Shown here piece after piece: positions 10,470 through 21,072 of a stretch of DNA of 64,000 nucleotides. Within the stretch, counting starts at the first letter, position 1, and each line of letters begins with the position of its first letter. Both the position numbers and the translations under genes were made by a program. The notes under the pieces are model-generated. The model saw only the letters and a program-made list of their open reading frames with translations. It did no database searches and had not been told where the DNA came from. Source of the stretch: Macrostomum hystrix (lineage: Eukaryota; Animalia; Platyhelminthes); assembly GCA_950097015.1 (NCBI GenBank), contig CATNEN010000001.1:19406001-19470000 (forward strand), read 5' to 3'.

Positions 10470-12688
10470 CACAGCCTACTAACAGTAGACTTTGAGGATA
10501 TGCGCCGAATTTTATTTACACTGCACCCCCACCCCCCTTCCACCTACCCTGCGCCCCGCGCCCGGCGGGGCGCTGTCGCGGGCGCACGGACATTCTATAC
10601 TCCCGGGCGCTGTGCGCCCGGCGGGAGGCGCAGGGTGGGGCGTACAGAGGGGGCGTATAGTAATGTCCCACCGGGTGGTTTCTTGAATTTTCCTAAACGG
10701 CAATAGGTGCCCACAAGCTCCAGTTCAAGTTTATAAATCTGGCTACAATAGTAATTAAGTATAGTCTTTGTAGTGCGAAAATCATGTAGTTGAGGCCAAG
10801 CGTGGCACCAATTGTTGGTTTCTTGAATTTTCCTAAACGGCAATAGGTGCCCACAAGCTCCAGTTCAAGTTTGTAAATCTGGCTACAATAGTAATTAAGT
10901 ATAGTCTTTGTAGTGCGAAAATCATGTAGTTGAGGTCAAGCGTGGCACCAATTGTTGGTTTGTTGAATTTTCCTAAACGGCAATAGGTGCCCACAAGCTC
11001 CAGTTCAAGTTTATAAATCTGGCTACAATAGTAATTAAGTATAGTCTTTTCTTTGTTGCTTTTTTAGCAGCGTGTATGATAATATAGATTAGGCATTATT
11101 ACTCTAAAGATGTTTGTTTGATCGAAAAAAACCAGATAATAAGCCAGTGATTTACTATTTTGACGTATAAAACTTCATTCTTTGTTGCTTTTTTAGCTGC
11201 GTGTTTGATAATATAGATTAGGCATTATTACTCTAAAGATGTTTGTTTGATCGAAAAAAACCAGATAATAAGCCAGTGATTTACTATTTTGACGTATAAA
11301 ACTTCATTCTTTGTTGCTTTTTTAGCTGCGTGTTTGATAATATAGATTAGGCATTATTACTCTAAAGATGTTTGTTTGATCGAAAAAAACCAGATAATAA
11401 GCCAGTGATTTACTATTTTGACGCATGAAACTTCATTCTTTGTTGCTTTTTTAGCTGCGTGTTTGATAATATAGATTAGGCATTATTACTCTAAAGATGT
11501 TTGTTTGATCGAAAAAAACCAGATAATAAGCCAGTGATTTACTATTTTGACGTATAAAACTTCATTCTTTGTTGCTTTTTTAGCTGGTTAAAAACTTTCC
11601 TGGTTAAAAAAATCGAGTAGAAATCATTTAAATCACTAAAGTATCACTAAAGAATTTTCAAACCTACTGGTGATTTGAAAACTGATCGAATCCTATCCAA
11701 TCGAATCAGTCTTGATAGTACGAGAGTCTAATTGGCCACCTACTCAAGATTAATTAAAACTTGAGTGGCACAGCAAGATATTAATTTTCGTAAAAAACTT
11801 TTTTATATCAACTTTCGCCTCGAGACCATTAAACGCAGCCTCGGACATTCAAACCACAGAATGTGAATGAAACGGCGTTTATTATTTACGTAAAATGCTT
11901 AATGGACCGTATTTTTGCTATATAAAGTGTTACAGTATCAGTCATAAAGTGACATCATTATAACTTTTCAATTGTCATGCATTCTCTTGCATTTTAGTTC
12001 TTGTGCTTTTCCTCGCTTTGTAAACTGAGAAAGGGGTGCTTTATTGTTCTTGTAAATGAAAGAAACATTTTTTTCAACACTTTTTTTTTAGTTTTTTTAA
12101 AATACGATTCTAGGAAAGTGTTAAAATCGTGGAAACGCCCGTGTATCAAGCTCCTATAAAGTGCATTAAGCTCCTATAAAGATCTTCTACTAAGTGTACA
12201 AACCTCCTGAGGTGGTGTATACAGCACCTAATAACCGTATACGGCTCCTATAAAGCTCCTATGCTGGTCGCGGTCGGCGACAACGTGGCCCAAAGGGTTC
12301 ATCTACTGGGCACGGTGAGTACAGGTCATGCCCACTGTGTGGGGCGACTGACCTGCGCTCTGATAACCTGCGCACTCACCTTATCGCGGTCCATCGCGAG
12401 GCCCACCCGATTCGCCGATCTGCGATCGCAGGTCTGGCAGCGCTTGAAGCGCGCATAGCAAAAAATGCGCGCCCCGGTGGGACACCGGCGGGTTGGGCGC
12501 TAGCGCCCCTCTGTACGCCCCGCTATGCGCCCTCCCACCGGTGACCGGCGGGGGGGCGTATAGTTTGGCCAAGCGCCCCGCCGGCGGGGCGTATAGCCAA
12601 ACCGGTGGGATCCCGCCGGTGGGAGGTGGGTGAGAAGGGTAAATTAAATTCGGGGCATATCCTCAAAGTCTACTGTTAGTAGGCTGCG
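10470..12688. mobile_element. Non-autonomous CACTA-like TIR element with 3-bp TSD (CTG)
   Basis: Left end CACAGCCTACTAACAGTAGACTTTGAGGATATGC is inverse to right end GCATATCCTCAAAGTCTACTGTTAGTAGGCTGCG. CTG at 10467-10469 and 12689-12691. GC-rich subterminal repeats (GGGGGCGTATAG, CCCACCGG). Confidence 0.8.
10677..11586. repeat. Tandem arrays inside the CACTA-like element: 140 bp x ~2.7, then 129 bp x ~4
   Basis: Unit starts at 10677/10817/10957 and at 11051/11180/11309/11438/11567. Confidence 0.9.
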
Positions 12689-12706
12689 CTGTATTTTTTT
12701 AACTTT

Positions 12707-13103
12707 GACTTTCCAGGTTAATAAGTTCGAGTGGAAATCATTTGAAATAATGAAACCAACTCAGTCGTGTAGGAAATCATTTCTAGATTGATTTTCAATT
12801 GAATCCCACTCGATAAAGTGTGCTCAAATCTATTGGGACACTGATGACAGCCATATACTGCTGACATAGTCAGAGTCAAGATAAAATTTTCTAGGTGACT
12901 TTCCAGGTTAATAAGTTCGAGTGGAAATCATTTGAAATCATGAAACCAACTCAGTCGTGTAGGAAATCATTTCTAGATTGATTTTCAATTGAATCCCACT
13001 CGATAAAGTGTGCTCAAATCTATTGGGACACCGATGACAGCCATATACTGCTGACATAGTCAGAGTCAAGATAAAATTTTCTAGCTGACTTTCCAGGTTA
13101 ATA
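12707..13103. repeat. 189-bp tandem duplication
   Basis: TGACTTTCCAGGTTAATA recurs at about 12707, 12896 and 13086. Confidence 0.9.
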
Positions 13104-13344
13104 CGTAAGTCATAATACGTAATACGTAATACAGGTAAGTCAGTTCTTTAAAATGGCATGAGCAAGTCAGAAAGAGATCAAAGAAAAGAATTGATCGACA
13201 GTGAAAGCATTTAAATTTTTTGTTTCGCATTAGTTGATTTCTAATGCGGCGACATCGGAACTGACTCTCGTAGGTACCAGTTAAGTTTGGCATGCTTATA
13301 GTCACTCTTTAACTGAGCATATATTGATTTATTTATTTAATGAT

Positions 13345-14414
13345 TTGTATTCAACACAACAACAATGATACAACATTGATACGATACAACGATACAATGA
13401 TACAACAATATATAAACATTTAAAGCTCAGTTTAATGACAATTATCCCAGATCCTCAGTTTGGTTACAATCCCAGATCCTCTGTTTGGTGACAATCCCAG
13501 ATCCTCAGTTTGGGACAATCCCAGATTGGTGATAATCACCCAGATAAAAAGTTTTAAACAATGAAATGAACTAAGCATTGATACAACACTGATACAACAC
13601 AACAACAATGATACAACATTGATACGATACAACGATACAATGATACAACAATATATAAAAATTTAAAGCTCAGTTTAATGACAATTATCCCAGATCCTCA
13701 GTTTGGTTACAATCCCAGATTGGTGATAATCCCCCAGATAAAAAGTTTTAAACAATGAAAAGAACTAAGCATTGATACAACACTGATACAACACAACAAC
13801 AATGATACAACATTGATACGATACAACGATACAATGATACAACAATATATAAACATTTAAAGCTCAGTTTAATGACAATTATCCCAGATCCTCAGTTTGG
13901 TGACAATCCCAGAACCTCTGTTTGGTGACAATCCCAGATCCTCTGTTTGGGACAATCCCAGATCCTCAGTTTAATGACAATTATCCCAGATCCTCAGTTT
14001 GGTGACAATCCCAGATCCTCAGTTTGGTGACAATCCCAGATCCTCAGTTTGGTGACAATCCCAGATCCTCAGTTTGGTGACAACCCCAGATTCTCAGTTT
14101 CGTGACAACCCCAGATCCTCAGTTTCGGGACATCCTAGATCCTCAGTTTAATGACAATTATCCCAGATCCTCAGTTTGGTGACAATCCCAGATCCTCAGT
14201 TTGGTGACAACCCCAGATTCTCAGTTTCGTGACAACCCCAGATCCTCAGTTTCGGGACATCCTAGATCCTCAGTTTAATGACAATTATCCCAGATCCTCA
14301 GTTTGGTGACAATCCCAGATCCTCAGTTTGGTGACAATCCCAGATTCTCAGTTTCGTGACAATCCCAGATCCTCAGTTTCGTGACAATCCCAGATCCTCA
14401 GTTTGGGGACAATC
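13345..14414. repeat. Compound minisatellite (GATACAAC-rich blocks plus ~24-bp GACAATCCCAGATCCTCAGTTTGGT units)
   Basis: Directly visible, immediately downstream of the Hes-like gene. Confidence 0.95.
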
Positions 14415-14502
14415 AGTCCATGACAACTAAATAAAAAAACGACGAAACTAATTCACTAAGTTGACTTATGCTGGAATGCCGGATGCTGTTGCCAGGGGCC
14501 GG

Positions 14503-14871
14503 TTACCAAGGACGCCACACAGGCTGGGCTCCCTCCTGGTCCATCGACTGGCTAGATTCTTCGTCAGTAGACAAAGCCGACACCGTTGACGAGGCCGAAG
14601 ACTTGCAGCAGAAGCTCATGGCCGTAGATTGAGTCTTGGCTGAGCCATTCAGCAGCAGCTCCACAGTCAGCTCCAGGATGTCGGCCTTCTCTAGGCGCTT
14701 AATCCGGTACGGTTTTATCACCTTGTTGGCCTGCAGCAGCTCTTTGAGTCTGTCCAAGCTGGCATTAATTCTGGCTCTGCGCTGCTGCTCCATCACCTGC
14801 TTGCTGATTCTCCTATGCTCCATCAACTCTACTGGGCGCGTGGTTTGTGTTTTTTTAATTCGGAGCTCCAT
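14503..14871 (-). CDS. Hes/Hairy/E(spl)-family bHLH repressor, intronless, 122 aa, no Orange domain, C-terminal WRPW
   Basis: RRISKQVMEQQRRARINASLDRLKELL...RLEKADILELTV matches the Hes bHLH; ends VWRPW-stop; TATAA about 40 nt upstream of the ATG. Confidence 0.9.
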   Translation of the reverse strand: MELRIKKTQTTRPVELMEHRRISKQVMEQQRRARINASLDRLKELLQANKVIKPYRIKRLEKADILELTVELLLNGSAKTQSTAMSFCCKSSASSTVSALSTDEESSQSMDQEGAQPVWRPW

Positions 14872-16321
14872 CGAAATTTCGAAATCGACCGGCCGAGTTT
14901 ATAATTTTATAAGTACCCCCTGCACCGCCAACCCCCTGTTTCCTTTCCTCTATCCCCGCTTCCCTCGTGAAATGAATTCTGTTCCAGAATGTTCTAGAAT
15001 GTTCTGCAGTTTTAGCTGTCATGTTCAGCCTAGATTCTCCCAAATGTGCCTTATCTAAAAACAAACCTCATAAGCAAACAATATAGATCATCTTCGTTGC
15101 AACGAGCGTGTGAATTAAAAAATGACTGTCAACACAGGTGGACAGGCGGCTTATTCTGAAGTTCTGACGGGCTTTAAGTTCTCTGAGTCGTTGTTCCCTT
15201 TGAGAAAACAAACTTCAGAATTTTTAGATAAGGGTCAGCATGGCGTAACCCAGTCCATGGACTGAACACTTCTGCAGCCAGCAGCTTGATCTTCGTAAAA
15301 ATATTTTGTTTTATAAAATTAAAAAGCGAGAAAACCAAAACCGAATTGATATTTAGAACTGCAGCAGCATTACACAGTTGTAGTTAGAATTTTCATAATG
15401 TACAGCGCTAATTTCCTACGGCATTGTCAGTCTTGACGCCACTTTGGCTTAACAACAGCCAGTGAAAAAGTGTTTTTGTCCTTCAAAAAGCCAGTCACAC
15501 AGCAATAGTTAGAAAATCATAAACATATTTCATATATCACATACTTCTCAAACGTAGAATTTGAAAATTCACATTTATTTTGGCTTGAGCAAATCACTTT
15601 TTAAGCTGCAATGCACTGCAAACCTTTGTTTTCACTTTCACTTTCACTTCTCCGTTAATCTAATGCAAGTGTGAAATTTCAAACCGATAAACATAAGTTG
15701 ACACTGAAATTAATTAGACAAGACGAAATAAATACAAAGACTCATGAGATTTTTTCCTGCCATTTCTTCACGAAACATAGGGAAAGTTTATTTTGCAAAG
15801 CTAATTATTATTTCAAGCATTTAATTGCTAGGAATTTCAGCCATGTCATAATTATTTGAGTTGGCATTTGTATTTAGAGTATGTTATATGAATACAGCAG
15901 CAAAGTGTGTTCTTATGAAGTTTGTGAATAGGTTCTTAATTATTTTATGCACTGTAGCTAGTTTTTACAGAAGGCACATTTTTACCACTTACCTTTAAGT
16001 CTCTTATAGCAGCTCAAGTTCTGTGTTTATCTATATTAACAAAATTTGAAATGTCAACTAGGGATAAAAAGAGGGCCTCAGTTTAATCAATATTCATAAA
16101 GGCATTCAGAACAATATTAGTTTATTCACAGTTAGTCCATCATGTCTTTTTGGTTGGCACTCAGCAGGCTATTGTTGATTGTTGGCCATTCAGCTTCAAC
16201 ACCAGACTCAGATTCTTGGGACTCCTTGTCCTGTTAGGTGTGAGAGGTGAGACAGTTGGTTTGCTGTTTGTATTTAGATCTTATCGACTAATTTTATCGA
16301 CTCTGACTATGTCAGTAGTAT

Positions 16322-16800
16322 ACTTTCTCCTCTCTGTGGCTCACTCTCTCCTCTGTGCCCTCACTCTCTCCTCTCTGTGCCCTCACTTTCTCCTCTCTGT
16401 GCCCTCACTTTCTCCACTCTGTGCCCTCACTCTCTCCTCTCTGTCACCTCACTCTCTCCTCTGTCACCTCACTTTCTCCACTCTGTGCCCTCACTCTCCT
16501 CTCTGTGCCCTCACTCTCCACTCTGTGCCCTCACTCTCCACTCTGTGCCCTCACTCTCCACTCTGTGCCCTCACTCTCCACTCTGTGCCCTCACTCTCCA
16601 CTCTGTGCCCTCACTCTCCTATCTGTGCCCTCACTCTCCTCTCTGTGCCCTCACTTTCTCCTCTGTGCCCTCACTTTCTCCTCTGTGCCCTCACTTTCTC
16701 CTCTGTGCCCTCACTCTCTCCTCTCTGTCACCTCACTCTCTCCTCTGTCACCTCACCCTCTTCTCTGTCACCTCACCCTCTTCTCTGTCACCGCACCCTG
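16322..16800. repeat. 20-22-bp CT-rich minisatellite (CTCTGTGCCCTCACTCTCC[A/T])
   Basis: Directly visible. Confidence 0.95.
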
Positions 16801-17772
16801 TGATTCCAAGAAAGAAGCAATAATAAAAACATAATAGTAATTTTAGTCAGTATACCTTGCAGCAGGTCACCTATGCCGTGCCTGTGCGGCACAATTTTTG
16901 CCAATGAGATGCGCTGATATGTTTTGATAAATTAGCTTATGTATTTTCCCTGAAGTTTGACACGGAAAAGAATTGGTGAAAAGTCCTAGTTAGACAGAAA
17001 CATTAATTGAACAAAGTACAGACCCTCACGTAAAAACACATACAGTGCATGCACAGTGAGCATAAAGAAAGCAGGAATTAGAGTTTGAGATTTTATCATT
17101 GTCAAACGCGTTTAGAACTTCAGAACTCTCTCCTCTCACTCCGCTGCTCGTTTGCAAGGGAGCACGACCATTGAAGAAATTGCATGACTACCAGGGAAAA
17201 CTGAATAATTTAGTCATCGGAACATATTCTGAACAGTTTGACTCTAGCTCTCCTCTGACCATCCAAGAAATTGCATGATTACCAGGGAAAACTGAATAAT
17301 TTAGTCATCGGAACATATTCTGAACAGTTTGACTCTAGCTCTCCTCTGACCATTGTTGCCACACCTGGGCTAAATTACTCTAGCTAAGTGTAATGACTAT
17401 AGGTAAGTCAAATACATGCACAAGTAGGATTGCAGGCAAGCAGACACGAAAGGTGTACACACGCATATGAGCATTGACACTTGTATGCATATGAACGCAT
17501 ATGAAGCAATTATGAAGTCAGATTGGCCGAGTTCGCATAACAACAAAACGCCTTGGACGACTGGAGGGAATTGAAAAATGACATTAGACAAGGCTAAAGG
17601 CGTAGAAGTGCGTAGCCACGTACCTTTAATTGTGCAAATATTTATAAAAGCTAAAATAGCGTTAGCAAGATGCTTCTTCAAAGATTGGTCACAATGGTTG
17701 AAAGACCAGAAACACCGCCTAAAAAATTGTATGGATCGTCATTTCCATTGTGTTGAATGCTCGCGCACGTCA

Positions 17773-18309
17773 TCATGTTGACATCGCGCACGTCATCATG
17801 TTGACATCAGAATTGTAGCTTAAAGCTGCAGCGGAGCGTTGATTACAACTGTAGTCTTGGGCCCCAGGCACCTGTGGATTTAAATCAACTGAATGAGCAC
17901 TCGTAGGTTGACCAGCTGCTGGAAGAGCCGGCGATATTTCGTTGGCAGGAGTTTTACCACCAACAGCGATGTTGCGTAGCTCGTCAATGAAACTTAATGC
18001 AGCAAGGTTAGCAGCTTTGAAGTCCTCAGTCGTGATGATGATTCTATCGCCTCCTCTTCTCCCGCGATTGTGAATGAGCATGTGCATATCGAATCCCGAA
18101 GTGATAGTAGAGCAATATGGACAGAGATAAAAAATAGGAGACAACTCCAGCTTATGTTGTAGGCGACAGTAGCGAAAGTTGGCGTCGATTCGCCTTTCAG
18201 ATAGGTCCGAATGAGCTCCGCGGCAATGCTGTTTAAAACCTGATGCCCTGCTACTCCAGTGGCACTGAAGACACGTAATCGCGGCGTGAATGTTGGGAGG
18301 TGTCATCAA
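17773..18309 (-). CDS. Small protein with two degenerate C2H2-like zinc fingers; 3' end altered by a 23-bp tandem duplication
   Basis: CLQC..(FKQ)HCRGAH and CPYC..(FDM)HMLIH; TCGCGCACGTCATCATGTTGACA duplicated at 17761-17806. Confidence 0.55.
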   Translation of the reverse strand: MMTPPNIHAAITCLQCHWSSRASGFKQHCRGAHSDLSERRIDANFRYCRLQHKLELSPIFYLCPYCSTITSGFDMHMLIHNRGRRGGDRIIITTEDFKAANLAALSFIDELRNIAVGGKTPANEISPALPAAGQPTSAHSVDLNPQVPGAQDYSCNQRSAAALSYNSDVNMMTCAMST

Positions 18310-18578
18310 CTTTCAATGGAAGTGATGCTGGCCTGAAATTTATTCGAGATTGAAGTTTGAAAGGTTGACAATTAAAGCTAGACCCTAAATGAAGGCGTGA
18401 ACGCTAATATATAAACGCTAATAAGGACATTGATCTGCCATGCATATAATTGTATAAAGCAGGCAGTCTATTCTCAAATGCACATCTATCTCCATTTGTC
18501 CTAGTTGTTCCCTGCACAGCCAACTAATGAGCAGAAAGAAAGCGCATCTAAAAAACAAGCAATTAAAAACGAAAACGC

Positions 18579-21000
18579 GAAACACTGTTTAGGAGCCCCT
18601 CCATTTATTTGACAGACAATGAAACTGTGAGCTATATAATAATAATAAAGCGGAATTGAACGGAAAAGCTGATAAATGAACGAATTTAATAGTGTCATAA
18701 GTCCCACGAATAAAAACAGCTAACGTAAGTACACTGCCAGTCCGCTGGATAGTGCAAACATGCACGGTAAGATTGGCAGCGCACGGTAATTAGCAGATTT
18801 TATTCGCGCTCAACGAGTCCGCCGCGAGAAGGCTGACACATGGGCTCATTAAATTAGCGCTTTAAAATGTAGCGCTTCACAGCACATTGAATTGCATGTG
18901 CAAAGTGACCTGTAAAAATTTTGCTAGTTGAAAGAAATGTGTCCAAACTTTGGGCTTACTGGTATTAATTTTAGCGCTCTTAAACTTAACGCTTCACAGC
19001 AACCACACAAAAGTAGGTGCAGAGTGACCTGCTGTAATGTTTTATGCGACAAGTTTTGAAGAAATTTGTCTGACACATGTGCAACAAATTCAAAATGATT
19101 AGCAGTGACTTGTTGGTACAATTTTTTGAACTTTTAAGATTGCAGCCAGGGAAACCTCTTTAGACACTCTTCGTCAGTTTCAGAATAATCGAAGAGCAAT
19201 TCTTACCCTTCTAGAATGTCCCGAATAGCAAAAAAAGCGATCCTGCAGACGTTCCGTCCGATTTCTTTACATGGTGGTATCGCCCTTGGCATTAGATTTG
19301 GAGTCAACCGACTGTGATTAATAAACCGACCAAGGGAAAAACTATCAGTAGCATCTTCGCAAAGCGATTAAGAGCCATAAAAAAAGAAAAACGCAAAACA
19401 AGGTGACTCGCCTTTAGATGCCCTCTCCTGCTCTCTGGCGAGTCCTTGTTTTCTAGATATTACGGTGCCACCATAGAAGCACACGAATGAATCAGCTCTA
19501 ATTAGTTCACCAGCAAAAATACCGAGACCCTTCTCACCAGAAGGCTTCACGAAAACCTTGGCTGGGACGAAATTTGAACTTTTCCTGTAGACATCTATGC
19601 ATGATCGTTGGCCAGCAGAAGATTCGCAGCGCCTGTGGGAAGTGTTGACAAGTCTTAGAAAATACAGATGGCACAGGCAGTTTGCATTTTACGTAACTAA
19701 GCTTTAAATGAGATCGTGACATGCCCTTCACAAATTAATTACCTTTGTTCTTCCAGCTTTCCAACACAGTCGCCATCTGAGGACGGATACTTTGGCAACG
19801 GCTGATTGGAAGTAAACCACCAGAATATTTGACCAAAACGTTTAACACCACGCTTTCGCGCGAGTCGCATGGCTGGTTGACCTGTCAGCAAAGTGTTAAG
19901 TCGCCGGAATTCGATGGTGTGAATCAGCTTATAGTGCTGCCGCAAATGTACATAGAATGTATCGCATAGCTGGCACAATTTTGCATCGGCCTTCTTCGAC
20001 CAACGTAGATATTGAACGATGCATTCCGTCTTCCCTTTCGCGTTTGGATGATGCGTTTCAATATGCAGAGCGAGCCTGTCAGGTCTGGCCGAATAGGCAG
20101 ATAAACCAGGAAGACATAACGGACAATCGAGCTTATCAGTGGGCATGCTGTCTTTTGAATTTCAAATCTGAATTTTTATTTTTTAAATAGTTTATTTAAG
20201 TTGCCTGCGTTTCGCTGAAATCGGTGACGTATATAGGCGCAAGTATGTAAATGCTAAAAAAGGAAAACATGTTTATCAAGCACGGCAAGCAATGAAAAAA
20301 ATAAGAACGAGAAACACTGTTTAGGAGCCCCTCCATTTATTTGACAGACAATGAAACTGTGAGCTATATAATAATAATAAAACGGAATTGAACGGAAAAG
20401 CTGATAAATGAACGAATTTAATAGTGTCATTAGTCCCACGAATAAAAACAGCTAACGTAATTACACTGCCAGTCCGCTGGATAGTGCAAACATGCACGGT
20501 AAGATTGGCAGCGCACGGTAATTAGCAGATTTTATTCGCGCTCAACGAGTCCGCCGCGAGAAGGCTGACACATGGGCTCATGAAATTAGCGCTTTAAAAT
20601 GTAGCGCTTCACAGCACATTGAATTGCATGTGCAAAGTGAACTGTAAATATTTTGCTAGTTGAAAGAAATATGTGTCCAAACTTTGGGCTTACTGGTATT
20701 AATTTTAGCGCTCTTAAACTTAACGCTTCACAGCACATTGTATTGCATGTGCAAAGTGACCTGCAAAAAATTTGCTAGTTGAAAGAAATATGTGTCCAAA
20801 TTTTGGGCTTACTGGTATTAATTTTAGCGCTCTTAAACTTAACGCTTCACAGCACATTGTATTGCATGTGCAAAGTGACCTGCAAAAAATTTGCTAGTTG
20901 AAAGAAATATGTGTCCAAATTTTGGGCTTACTGGTATTAATTTTAGCGCTCTTAAACTTAACGCTTCACAGCACCCACACAAAAGTAGGTGCAGAGTGAC
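18579..21000. repeat. Direct repeats (18579-19028 and 20311-21000) flanking the ZnF-SET gene; second copy has an internally triplicated ~120-bp unit
   Basis: GAAACACTGTTTAGGAGCCCCT...GGTGCAGAGTGAC near-identical in both copies. Confidence 0.9.
19134..20146 (-). pseudogene. Zinc-finger + PR-Set7/SETD8-like SET methyltransferase gene (exons 20146-19743, 19632-19134) with two in-frame TAA stops
   Basis: Exon 1 has CPLC..HIETHH and CQLC..HYKLIH; phase-2 intron; exon 2 reads KGLGIFA..FVCFYGG..RE..CFAFFFFYGS*SLCEDAT..LGRFINHS..PNL..FFAIRDILEG*ELLFDY..FPWLQS*. Stops at 19368-19370 and 19203-19205. Confidence 0.8.
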
Positions 21001-21072
21001 TTTACAAGGCAGCGCTTGACTTCAATTAAAAACACAAGTAACGGTGGAATCATTAGTACACTGGTTGGATAC

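Noticed and set aside
12836-12885. CTGATGA-stem-GACA hammerhead-like motif (CTGATGA also occurs in the 10225 repeat)
   Set aside because: GAAA core missing and flanking helices do not form; the second copy has CCGATGA.
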